From IMG/VR virus record IMGVR_UViG_3300021961_000021: DNA of 64,000 nt; one strand, written 5' to 3'. Each line of letters opens with the position of its first letter. Positions within the stretch are counted from its first letter, which is position 1. Under the pieces are notes generated by a model. It saw only the letters and a program-made list of their open reading frames with translations, was not told where the DNA came from and searched no databases. Of the stretch, positions 57,841-64,000 are shown piece after piece. Origin of the DNA: a virus. The position numbers and the translations under genes were made by a program.

Positions 57841-58005
57841 TCAGTTAGAGGTGGATTGAATCGTGTTACCTACGAAGTGAAATACCTCACCAGTGTTGTA
57901 ACGAACGCTAGGAAACACAAGAAATAGAACAACGTAGATGATTGCAAGGAATTTCACTTTCTTAGGATCAAGTTTCTTGAATGTGAGATGCTTACGTCGT
58001 GCCAT
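57841..58005 (-). CDS. 54-aa single-TM protein with a basic N-terminus (not in ORF track)
   Basis: MARRKHLTFKKLDPKKVKFLAIIYVVLFLVFPSVRYNTGEVFHFVGNTIQSTSN*. Confidence 0.6.
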   Translation of the reverse strand: MARRKHLTFKKLDPKKVKFLAIIYVVLFLVFPSVRYNTGEVFHFVGNTIQSTSN

Positions 58006-58009
58006 TGTT

Positions 58010-58141
58010 TCAGAGAACGTATGCAGGAGAACCGCAGGATTTGTAGAATTCTACCATCGATTCTGCTTCACTCACAGTAGGAAACCACTGCTCACGCCAG
58101 ACTTGAGCGTAGGGGGAAAAGTAGCGGATGCAGGTACGCAT
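58010..58141 (-). CDS. 43-aa hypothetical early protein (not in ORF track)
   Basis: MRTCIRYFSPYAQVWREQWFPTVSEAESMVEFYKSCGSPAYVL*; A/C-rich leader ACAAACAAA. Confidence 0.65.
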   Translation of the reverse strand: MRTCIRYFSPYAQVWREQWFPTVSEAESMVEFYKSCGSPAYVL

Positions 58142-58189
58142 TTTGTTTGTTTGAGTGAGTGTTACTTAGGAAGGGAAAGTGTGGGGTGC

Positions 58190-58519
58190 TCAGTTAAGGC
58201 GCATACCAGAGAAGAAGGGCACAGTGGTGAAGTTATCACGACCGTTGTTGATAGTCACGAACCAATCACCTTGCTTCTGAAATACACGCTCACCGCCACA
58301 TCCGTTCGCTTCCAGAATAGCATTCAGACGGGATTTGGTGGTGTTAGTGCGCCAACCACCATCGAAAAGTTCAATCCAGGTCTCGCCAATGCGAGCGATC
58401 AGGTTACCGAACAGGAACACATCGCTGCAGTTGGTATAAGAAACGACCTCAGTGTTGTCGAGTTTGAAATCAACACCGTTAGCGATGGCGGTGTTCATTT
58501 GGCGTTCGATCTTGCGCAT
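58190..58519 (-). CDS. 109-aa early hypothetical protein
   Basis: ORF track; first gene after promoter element copy F. Confidence 0.8.
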   Translation of the reverse strand: MRKIERQMNTAIANGVDFKLDNTEVVSYTNCSDVFLFGNLIARIGETWIELFDGGWRTNTTKSRLNAILEANGCGGERVFQKQGDWFVTINNGRDNFTTVPFFSGMRLN

Positions 58520-58582
58520 TTGAGAGTAGAGAAGTGGTTTGAGGTGTGGAGGGCGGATCGGGTCGCTGTCCCCTCCACTTCC

Positions 58583-58643
58583 TTAAGATACCACCGCCAG
58601 GGGGTGCTAGGGGGGATTGGTGGACAGTTCGGAGACTGGCACA
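58583..58643 (-). promoter_or_regulatory. Early promoter element, copy F
   Basis: TGTGCCAGT-CTCCG-AACTGTCCAC, 29 nt, TG-G-TATCTT. Confidence 0.8.
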
Positions 58644-58651
58644 CCTATTCT

Positions 58652-58843
58652 CTACATCGGGGGGTGATATAGACTATCATTCATAATCTCTCTGCACAGT
58701 TTAAATGATGCCCACTCTTCATCAGTAATGTTATCACTTGCATATGGAATTCCTACGCGATGTGCACACATTCTGTCGATCGATTCTTGCATCTGTTGCG
58801 TGGGTGTGAGTGTAACAAATGATGCGAGCAGGAGTTCAATCAT
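58652..58843 (-). CDS. 63-aa protein with a signal/TM N-terminus and two Cys
   Basis: ORF track; ATGA overlap. Confidence 0.7.
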   Translation of the reverse strand: MIELLLASFVTLTPTQQMQESIDRMCAHRVGIPYASDNITDEEWASFKLCREIMNDSLYHPPM

Positions 58844-58998
58844 TTGGATGCACAGTAAGATGGATCAATGCGACACATTTGCGCGTGTTGGTTATCTATG
58901 ACGCGGAACATTTCCTCATCACGGAAAGCACAAAATACGTTCCAACCAACAACAGCAGCAATTCCAAGTATCAGAGCGGCAGTATAACGTGCAGGCAT
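58840..58998 (-). CDS. 52-aa single-TM protein (not in ORF track)
   Basis: MPARYTAALILGIAAVVGWNVFCAFRDEEMFRVIDNQHAQMCRIDPSYCASK*. Confidence 0.65.
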   Translation of the reverse strand: MPARYTAALILGIAAVVGWNVFCAFRDEEMFRVIDNQHAQMCRIDPSYCASK

Positions 58999-59003
58999 TA
59001 TGT

Positions 59004-59306
59004 TCAACCCTTGAAGTAGTAATCGACTTCCTCTTGAGTGAGAACTTCTTCCACGAAATCCACTACATCATCACCGAAATGGTTAGATACATCTTCAGCG
59101 AGTTCCAGATCACTATACTCAGTGAGATTCTCGCAGATCACATCATATGCAAATTGCATCAGAGTTTTAGTATCCATACCGTCCACAATTTGCTCAGCAA
59201 ATGCTTCAATCAGATCGGTGCGGCGGTTAGTGTCGAGTTGGGGCATTTTAGGTGTTTGTGTTGTTGTTGTTGTGTGTGTGTTTAGTATATCAGACGGTGC
59301 GCTCAT
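59004..59306 (-). CDS. 100-aa acidic early protein (may start at MPQL)
   Basis: ORF track. Confidence 0.7.
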   Translation of the reverse strand: MSAPSDILNTHTTTTTQTPKMPQLDTNRRTDLIEAFAEQIVDGMDTKTLMQFAYDVICENLTEYSDLELAEDVSNHFGDDVVDFVEEVLTQEEVDYYFKG

Positions 59307-59607
59307 CTGTCACCTGATCTTCTACACGATAGTAGAGAGATTCAGAGACAGAATTGATATATTGGAGCACACTCAGTGTAACTTTGCCGAGTTGTTCTTT
59401 GCCACCGTTAGCATACCACTCACGGGTGCTACGGTAGACATAAGAAACCACACCGACAATAAATGCAGCGATGGTGGCAATGTTGAGCAGCAAAGAGTTC
59501 ACAAACGGTTGCTCAACGATAGCATCAACTTTGTCAGAGATTTGCTGTTGAATGTTGTTCATTTGAATGTTGAGATTGTGTTGTGCTTGTGCGTAAATAG
59601 CAGTCAT
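59290..59607 (-). CDS. Early single-TM protein (probable start MTAIY at 59607)
   Basis: Same frame as track ORF 59290..59778; TM segment LLLNIATIAAFIVGVVSYVY. Confidence 0.65.
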   Translation of the reverse strand: MTAIYAQAQHNLNIQMNNIQQQISDKVDAIVEQPFVNSLLLNIATIAAFIVGVVSYVYRSTREWYANGGKEQLGKVTLSVLQYINSVSESLYYRVEDQVTDERTV

Positions 59608-59614
59608 TTTGTTA

Positions 59615-59800
59615 TCAGAAAGGGTTTGTCCAGTTGTTGTACTGATTCTCAGTGATGTATCCCTCTTTACAGAGTGCATCAGTGAAATCATTCCACTCAG
59701 TACGCTTCCAAACAATGTCATTCTTGAGTTTAGGATAGGCGATGCAAGTTGCCTTCCAATTGTGACGGAATTGCTCAAGAACTTGTGCTTTGGTTGCCAT
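59615..59800 (-). CDS. 61-aa early hypothetical protein
   Basis: First gene after promoter copy E; WNDFTDALCKEGYIT..QY..W.NPF. Confidence 0.8.
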   Translation of the reverse strand: MATKAQVLEQFRHNWKATCIAYPKLKNDIVWKRTEWNDFTDALCKEGYITENQYNNWTNPF

Positions 59801-59815
59801 TGGTGTGATCTCTTG

Positions 59816-59883
59816 GACTCTTTAAGTATTGCACCTCTAGGGGTGCTTTGGGGGGTTTGGTGTGCACCTTGCAGACTGGCACA
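59816..59883 (-). promoter_or_regulatory. Early promoter element, copy E
   Basis: TGTGCCAGT-CTGCA-AGGTGCACAC, 29 nt, TG-C-AATACT. Confidence 0.85.
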
Positions 59884-60015
59884 CTATTTGTTTTGTTTGT
59901 CGAGTTCTTGCTGTTTAATCACCTCACGTTCACCGTCGAGGTAATTAAACCGTGGAGAATACAGGACAAAGAATAACCAACCAAATGCAGCAGATATGAT
60001 AAGAAACTCAAGCAT
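59884..60015 (-). CDS. 43-aa single-TM protein (not in ORF track)
   Basis: MLEFLIISAAFGWLFFVLYSPRFNYLDGEREVIKQQELDKQNK*. Confidence 0.6.
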   Translation of the reverse strand: MLEFLIISAAFGWLFFVLYSPRFNYLDGEREVIKQQELDKQNK

Positions 60016-60199
60016 CTACCAGATACTCCATAAACAACCACTCGTAAGTGCCATCTTGAGGATCTTTGCCATCGATGACCCACTCAGTGTAGATTGCATC
60101 AGAATAATCTATATTATTGTTTGCACAGTGCTCTTCAAGACGTGCACAATAATGCTCGGCAACGTTATCAATGATTTGCTCTTTGAGTTGGTCAGACAT
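60008..60199 (-). CDS. 63-aa acidic early protein
   Basis: ORF track. Confidence 0.7.
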   Translation of the reverse strand: MSDQLKEQIIDNVAEHYCARLEEHCANNNIDYSDAIYTEWVIDGKDPQDGTYEWLFMEYLVDA

Positions 60200-60203
60200 T
60201 AGA

Positions 60204-60344
60204 TTACGGGAGGTAATTTTCGGGAGAAAGGCAACGCTCTTGTGCAGCGTTTTGCCAGTATTGGAGTTGTTTTTCTGTGTTATCTAGTTTGTTACTGATG
60301 AACACAGAATAACAAACTAGACCTACAACTAGAAGAAACTTCAT
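60204..60344 (-). CDS. 46-aa signal/TM micro-protein (not in ORF track)
   Basis: MKFLLVVGLVCYSVFISNKLDNTEKQLQYWQNAAQERCLSPENYLP*; TGATG overlap. Confidence 0.6.
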   Translation of the reverse strand: MKFLLVVGLVCYSVFISNKLDNTEKQLQYWQNAAQERCLSPENYLP

Positions 60345-60565
60345 CAGCAACACACCATCACTTTAACACGGGGCAGAGTATGAAACTTGGTGACAGTGTA
60401 CCCATAGTTGTTGATACGAGAGTTTGCTTCATACTCCATATCTTTCTTGGAAATCAGACGCTCAGACATCTCTTTACCATCGAAAGATGTGACCTGCACA
60501 AACTTATCAGTGAGACCCGCTGCAGGATAGAAATCGACTTGCATTGCGCCTTGAATGAGTTGCAT
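60344..60565 (-). CDS. 73-aa early protein (true start MQLIQ at 60565)
   Basis: The track ORF's extra N-terminus runs through promoter copy D. Confidence 0.7.
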   Translation of the reverse strand: MQLIQGAMQVDFYPAAGLTDKFVQVTSFDGKEMSERLISKKDMEYEANSRINNYGYTVTKFHTLPRVKVMVCC

Positions 60566-60581
60566 TTGACCTCGTTTGTTT

Positions 60582-60649
60582 GACTCTTTAAGTATTGCAC
60601 CTCTAGGGGTGCTTTGGGGGGTTTGGTGGACAGTTCTCAAACCATCACA
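60582..60649 (-). promoter_or_regulatory. Early promoter element, copy D
   Basis: TGTGATGGTT-TGAG-AACTGTCCAC, 29 nt, TG-C-AATACT. Confidence 0.85.
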
Positions 60650-60912
60650 AGACGGGGCGCAGGTTGCACATCGAAACGACCAAGATGATCGAGACTCACA
60701 GATGCATTGGGGGGCAAGATACTGAGATCATCTCTCACTTGCCACCAGTTATCACCCTCAGCGATAACAACGAAACCAAACACACCTGCGGTTGGCATCA
60801 TAAACAAACCGTGCTTTTCTGCCTGTTTAGCAGTAGCAAACCCACGAGCAGTAATAGACCACCACTTGTCAGATTGTCCGCCACCGAAGTAGACACAAAT
60901 GAAGTCAGTCAT
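60637..60912 (-). CDS. 91-aa early hypothetical protein
   Basis: ORF track; ATGA overlap. Confidence 0.7.
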   Translation of the reverse strand: MTDFICVYFGGGQSDKWWSITARGFATAKQAEKHGLFMMPTAGVFGFVVIAEGDNWWQVRDDLSILPPNASVSLDHLGRFDVQPAPRLVMV

Positions 60913-60962
60913 TTAGTAAAGAACCAGAGAACGATTAGTGAACCAATGAGTACAGTTGTCAT
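60909..60962 (-). CDS. 17-aa hydrophobic micropeptide (not in ORF track)
   Basis: MTTVLIGSLIVLWFFTK*; TGATG overlap upstream and ATGA overlap downstream. Confidence 0.5.
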   Translation of the reverse strand: MTTVLIGSLIVLWFFTK

Positions 60963-61186
60963 CAGTAGTGATACTCAGAAACATCAACGAGATCGACATA
61001 CTTAGCGATGCCATCATAGCAACGCTTCTTCATCTCATCATCACAATCTTGAATATAACCAGTCAGAAACTCAAAGCAGTATTTGATACGCAGTTCAGGA
61101 GCGATTGCATCGAGTTTCTGTTGCTTACGCTGCTGATAGGAGAACATCTCACGGTCAGCGAAGGACATTGTTTGGAGAGGATGCAT
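60962..61186 (-). CDS. 74-aa early protein (true start MHPL at 61186)
   Basis: The track ORF's extra N-terminus runs through promoter copy C. Confidence 0.7.
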   Translation of the reverse strand: MHPLQTMSFADREMFSYQQRKQQKLDAIAPELRIKYCFEFLTGYIQDCDDEMKKRCYDGIAKYVDLVDVSEYHY

Positions 61187-61202
61187 TGCGTTGCCTTTCT
61201 TT

Positions 61203-61270
61203 GACTTTTTAAGTATTGCACACCCTAGGGGCATTATGGGGGAATGGTGGACAGTCCCCCAACTGTCACA
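61203..61270 (-). promoter_or_regulatory. Early promoter element, copy C
   Basis: TGTGACAGTT-GGGGG-ACTGTCCAC, 29 nt, TG-C-AATACT. Confidence 0.85.
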
Positions 61271-61757
61271 GGATGCGGGTCGCGTGGGTCTGGATCGCCT
61301 TGAATGGGATAGTATAACCCAGACGAGGATCTTTGCGGTTCTTCACGCTATGAAACTGTTTCTTCAGTTGAGGTAGAAGAATAGCGAGAACATCGTCAGC
61401 ATCCATCTTCCACACCTCTGCAATCTTGCCACCATCATAACGAGCATAATAGTGGTTCTTATACTTACCGATCTTATCTTCGATCAAATACTCTTCTTGT
61501 TCTTCCCACGAGTTCTGTACACTGATGCCATTGTAGGTTGCAGTCAGTTTCTTGCCGATGGTAGATTTATACTCACACTCACCATCTTCGTCTACACCAT
61601 CAGCACCACTGTAGGTATCAGCAACAGTGTGCCCAAGTACACCCGCTAAGTGAATCTCACGACTGCGAGCGTAAGAGAAAGGATCACCCCAACCATTCTC
61701 CTGGCAGAGTTCATACATCTCTTCAAACAGTTGTTGAAACTTTTGTTCGGGAGTCAT
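61266..61757 (-). CDS. PvuII-like PD-(D/E)XK restriction-type endonuclease
   Basis: GADGVDEDGECEYKS (D53, E62, K64) matches PvuII GNDAVDNAGQEYELKS; similar length (163 aa) and end-to-end resemblance. Confidence 0.7.
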   Translation of the reverse strand: MTPEQKFQQLFEEMYELCQENGWGDPFSYARSREIHLAGVLGHTVADTYSGADGVDEDGECEYKSTIGKKLTATYNGISVQNSWEEQEEYLIEDKIGKYKNHYYARYDGGKIAEVWKMDADDVLAILLPQLKKQFHSVKNRKDPRLGYTIPFKAIQTHATRIL

Positions 61758-61780
61758 TGTTGTAAAGAAATGAGTGCTAA

Positions 61781-61951
61781 TCAGAGGAAGGTGGAAGGAT
61801 CGCCGTAATCAGCGTAGAGTTCACCGTTCACACGGATTTCAGCGTAACCGAACTCTTCAGACAGAGAGTAGCAGAGATCGTATGCACGATCCTCAGAAGT
61901 TACGGTCTCGTTCTCCTCAGGAGCAGAGGGGCAGATGATCTCGAAAAGCAT
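61781..61951 (-). CDS. 56-aa acidic early protein (not in ORF track)
   Basis: MLFEIICPSAPEENETVTSEDRAYDLCYSLSEEFGYAEIRVNGELYADYGDPSTFL*; first gene after promoter copy B. Confidence 0.75.
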   Translation of the reverse strand: MLFEIICPSAPEENETVTSEDRAYDLCYSLSEEFGYAEIRVNGELYADYGDPSTFL

Positions 61952-61970
61952 TGAATGACGTTGTTTGTTT

Positions 61971-62038
61971 GACTCTTTAAGTATTGCACAGGATCAGGCG
62001 GTTTGGGGGAAATGGTGTGCACTCTGCAGATTGGCACA
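61971..62038 (-). promoter_or_regulatory. Early promoter element, copy B
   Basis: TGTGCCAAT-CTGCAG-AGTGCACAC, 29 nt, TG-C-AATACT. Confidence 0.85.
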
Positions 62039-62128
62039 GGGTCAGACGATTTGATCGCTGCTAGGGTATCCCCCCCGATCTCAGCAGAGTCTCACCCGAG
62101 AACCCTTGCCAGCACTAGGAGCAAAACG

Positions 62129-62173
62129 CAAAAAACCTGCAATTCTAGGTTTCAGGGGTGATACGTCACCCCC
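62129..62173 (-). terminator. Double hairpin / probable terminator
   Basis: Minus strand GGGGTGA-CGTA-TCACCCC, then AAACCT-AGAATTGC-AGGTTT followed by a T run. Confidence 0.5.
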
Positions 62174-62230
62174 TCTCCAGACGTTGCAGGAAAATGTGAA
62201 AGTGTAAGAAACTCAGGTTTTAGTAGGTTA

Positions 62231-62617
62231 TCACCAGTGTGCACCCAAATGTGACATCATCTCGATAAATGCTTCCTTATCAGTGTTAAGATCAATGTCA
62301 GCATTCAGTGCATCTTTGCCTACCATACCTGCAGATGTAATCACACCCCAGTCAGCAACAATACCACCACGATCTCTAGGCGCAGTACCGACAATTTTAA
62401 CAGACTCACCATCTTCAACCACATCAAACTTCCAGGTGACAGACTCAGCATCAGCGAGAATCTCGTCCTTCTTTCTCTGCAAGCGATAGTCAACTAGACC
62501 AGTTGTTTTACTGCTTGCCATACGCTCATCAATGTTAGCGAGACGATATGCTTTTGCCTTTGCTACCAGTGCTGCAGCAATTTCATTGCCAAGTGCTTTA
62601 ATTGAATCGGATGCCAT
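62231..62617 (-). CDS. 128-aa hypothetical protein under a late promoter
   Basis: ORF track; TATAAATA 29 nt upstream. Confidence 0.8.
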   Translation of the reverse strand: MASDSIKALGNEIAAALVAKAKAYRLANIDERMASSKTTGLVDYRLQRKKDEILADAESVTWKFDVVEDGESVKIVGTAPRDRGGIVADWGVITSAGMVGKDALNADIDLNTDKEAFIEMMSHLGAHW

Positions 62618-62645
62618 TGTAACTACGTTCTGTGAGTTTCTGATC

Positions 62646-62653
62646 TATTTATA
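62646..62653 (-). promoter_or_regulatory. T4 late promoter (TATAAATA) inside the early region
   Basis: Perfect consensus directly after the helicase stop. Confidence 0.75.
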
Positions 62654-62654
62654 C

Positions 62655-63899
62655 TTAGCGAACAAAGGACTGGGGTGCCTCACCCTGCACAAAGATAGCA
62701 TCAACAACTCGCTGCAGTCGCTCGATAGTTTGCTTGCCATAGTTCTTGAACACAGGTACAGTCACGATGCCAGTAGATTTGCGATAGAGGTTACACTGAC
62801 CAGCAGGAATCTTGCCAGAGGCAATATCAGCAGCGTCATCTTTGTTCATACGGATAACACGTCCGATGGTCTGTGCCATCTCAACCACATCAAGATTGCG
62901 AAGCAGGACACAATGAGTCAGACCAGGCACGTTGATACCTTCAGACAGAATGCTGTAGTGGAATACAACAAACTTGCGATCATCTTCCTTGCCCCACTCA
63001 GTCAGAGTGTTGAAGAATACCTCACGGTTGACCTTCTTATCGTTGACATATGCACCGAACTTAGAGGTAACGTGAAGCACATCATAACCACGCTGCTTGA
63101 GACCAGCGAGCAACTTAGTCTTGCCGAGCATATTGCCAAGCACACGACTAGAGGGCACAGCAACAACAATCTTGTGGTTGGTGTTGTCATCGAGATCGTC
63201 AAGAATACCGAAGACGGTATCACAATCAGACTCGTGAGCAGTCACACGATTGCGGTTAAGATCAACGTCAAAAGGTACAACAGTGGGAGACACAATGCTG
63301 CCCTGAGCAATCAGTTCCTGTGCACGAACGTTGCAGATAACTTGACCGTAGATTGCACCGTTGTTCATACCACGATCGTGAGACAATGCGTGGCGAGGAG
63401 TAGCAGTGAAGAAATAACGATTCTCAACATACTGAGAGATCGCAAATACACTGGTGAAGAAGTGCTTACCAGTAGCATTGTGTGCCTCATCGAAATAGAT
63501 GACATCGACAGGAATGCCAGCGTCAACTACACGATTGAGAGAATGATAGGTGGTGAAGATAATGCAAGAGTCACCAGCAGCACGAGCAGTATTGTTGAAC
63601 AGTGCAATCTTGTCAGTCTTGGTGCTGCTGAAGTGGTGAGTTTCGCCACTGTGAACGTGACAAATGTGCACGTTGTTGGTATCGATGTGCTGCAGAAACT
63701 CTTCACAGAGTTGCTCAGCGAGCAAAATACGAGGAGCAACGACAACAACAGTCTGTGCACTAGATTGCAAACGACGGATGCAATCGTAGATCATCTTGAT
63801 AGTCTTGCCACCACCAGTAGGAACAATGATCTGCCCGACATTGTGCTTTTGCATTGCATCGAGAGCACGAACTTGATGCGGGCGGAGAGTGATGGGCAT
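62655..63899 (-). CDS. SF2 (DEAD/DEAH, ResIII-like) helicase (true start MPITL at 63899)
   Basis: LRPHQ, PTGGGKT, DEAH, FTATP, ILSEGINVP, QTIGRVIR motifs. Confidence 0.9.
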   Translation of the reverse strand: MPITLRPHQVRALDAMQKHNVGQIIVPTGGGKTIKMIYDCIRRLQSSAQTVVVVAPRILLAEQLCEEFLQHIDTNNVHICHVHSGETHHFSSTKTDKIALFNNTARAAGDSCIIFTTYHSLNRVVDAGIPVDVIYFDEAHNATGKHFFTSVFAISQYVENRYFFTATPRHALSHDRGMNNGAIYGQVICNVRAQELIAQGSIVSPTVVPFDVDLNRNRVTAHESDCDTVFGILDDLDDNTNHKIVVAVPSSRVLGNMLGKTKLLAGLKQRGYDVLHVTSKFGAYVNDKKVNREVFFNTLTEWGKEDDRKFVVFHYSILSEGINVPGLTHCVLLRNLDVVEMAQTIGRVIRMNKDDAADIASGKIPAGQCNLYRKSTGIVTVPVFKNYGKQTIERLQRVVDAIFVQGEAPQSFVR

Positions 63900-63923
63900 T
63901 GGGCAATTCGCTTGACATTGATA

Positions 63924-63983
63924 AGAATACAGGGTGCTCAACCCAAAGTCAAGCACCCTGTGCAGGTTCTGAAACTGGCACAC
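63924..63983 (-). promoter_or_regulatory. Early promoter element, copy A, with a canonical -35
   Basis: TGTGCCAGTT-TCAG-AACCTGCAC, then TTGACT-17-TATTCT; a 10-bp inverted repeat ACAGGGTGCT/AGCACCCTGT brackets the -35. Confidence 0.85.
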
Positions 63984-64000
63984 TATAAATCAACTTCGAT

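Noticed and set aside
62655-63899. Helicase plus PvuII-like gene called as a complete restriction-modification or defence system
   Set aside because: No methyltransferase or specificity subunit is present, and the two genes are separated by a late promoter, hairpins and a new early promoter, so they are not one operon.
58583-63983. Repeated ~60-bp elements read as a CRISPR array
   Set aside because: The spacing is irregular and gene-sized (0.6-2 kb), each unit carries a -10 box and precedes a start codon, and no cas genes are present.

Overview
This window is a 64-kb slice of a T4-like marine cyanomyovirus genome (Kyanoviridae-type, probably infecting Synechococcus/Prochlorococcus). Essentially all real genes are on the minus strand. 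In transcription order (64 kb to 1) it has three parts. (1) An early region (~57.7-64 kb) of small ORFs, an SF2 helicase and a PvuII-like endonuclease, driven by six copies of a conserved bipartite promoter element. (2) A non-coding transition zone (~55.6-56.6 kb) with divergent sigma70 promoters, inverted DnaA-box matches and A-tract repeats. (3) The late structural block: PAAR/gp5.4, gp25, gp6, a 6471-aa gp7, a YHYH protein, a gp9-like protein, gp8, VrlC-like, a tail fibre, gp13, gp14, gp15 and gp16, followed by the variable insert that cyanomyoviruses carry after g16. The strongest unexpected signals are: tandem phycobiliprotein-beta-like domains with both chromophore cysteines inside gp7; a cluster of basic proteins with T4 capsid-targeting sequences, one of them SAM-lyase-like; an ndhP-like gene missed by the ORF track; an amicyanin-type copper motif on a baseplate protein; and an orphan PvuII-like nuclease. 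All family assignments come from motifs read by eye and compared with reference sequences recalled from memory. No database search was run.
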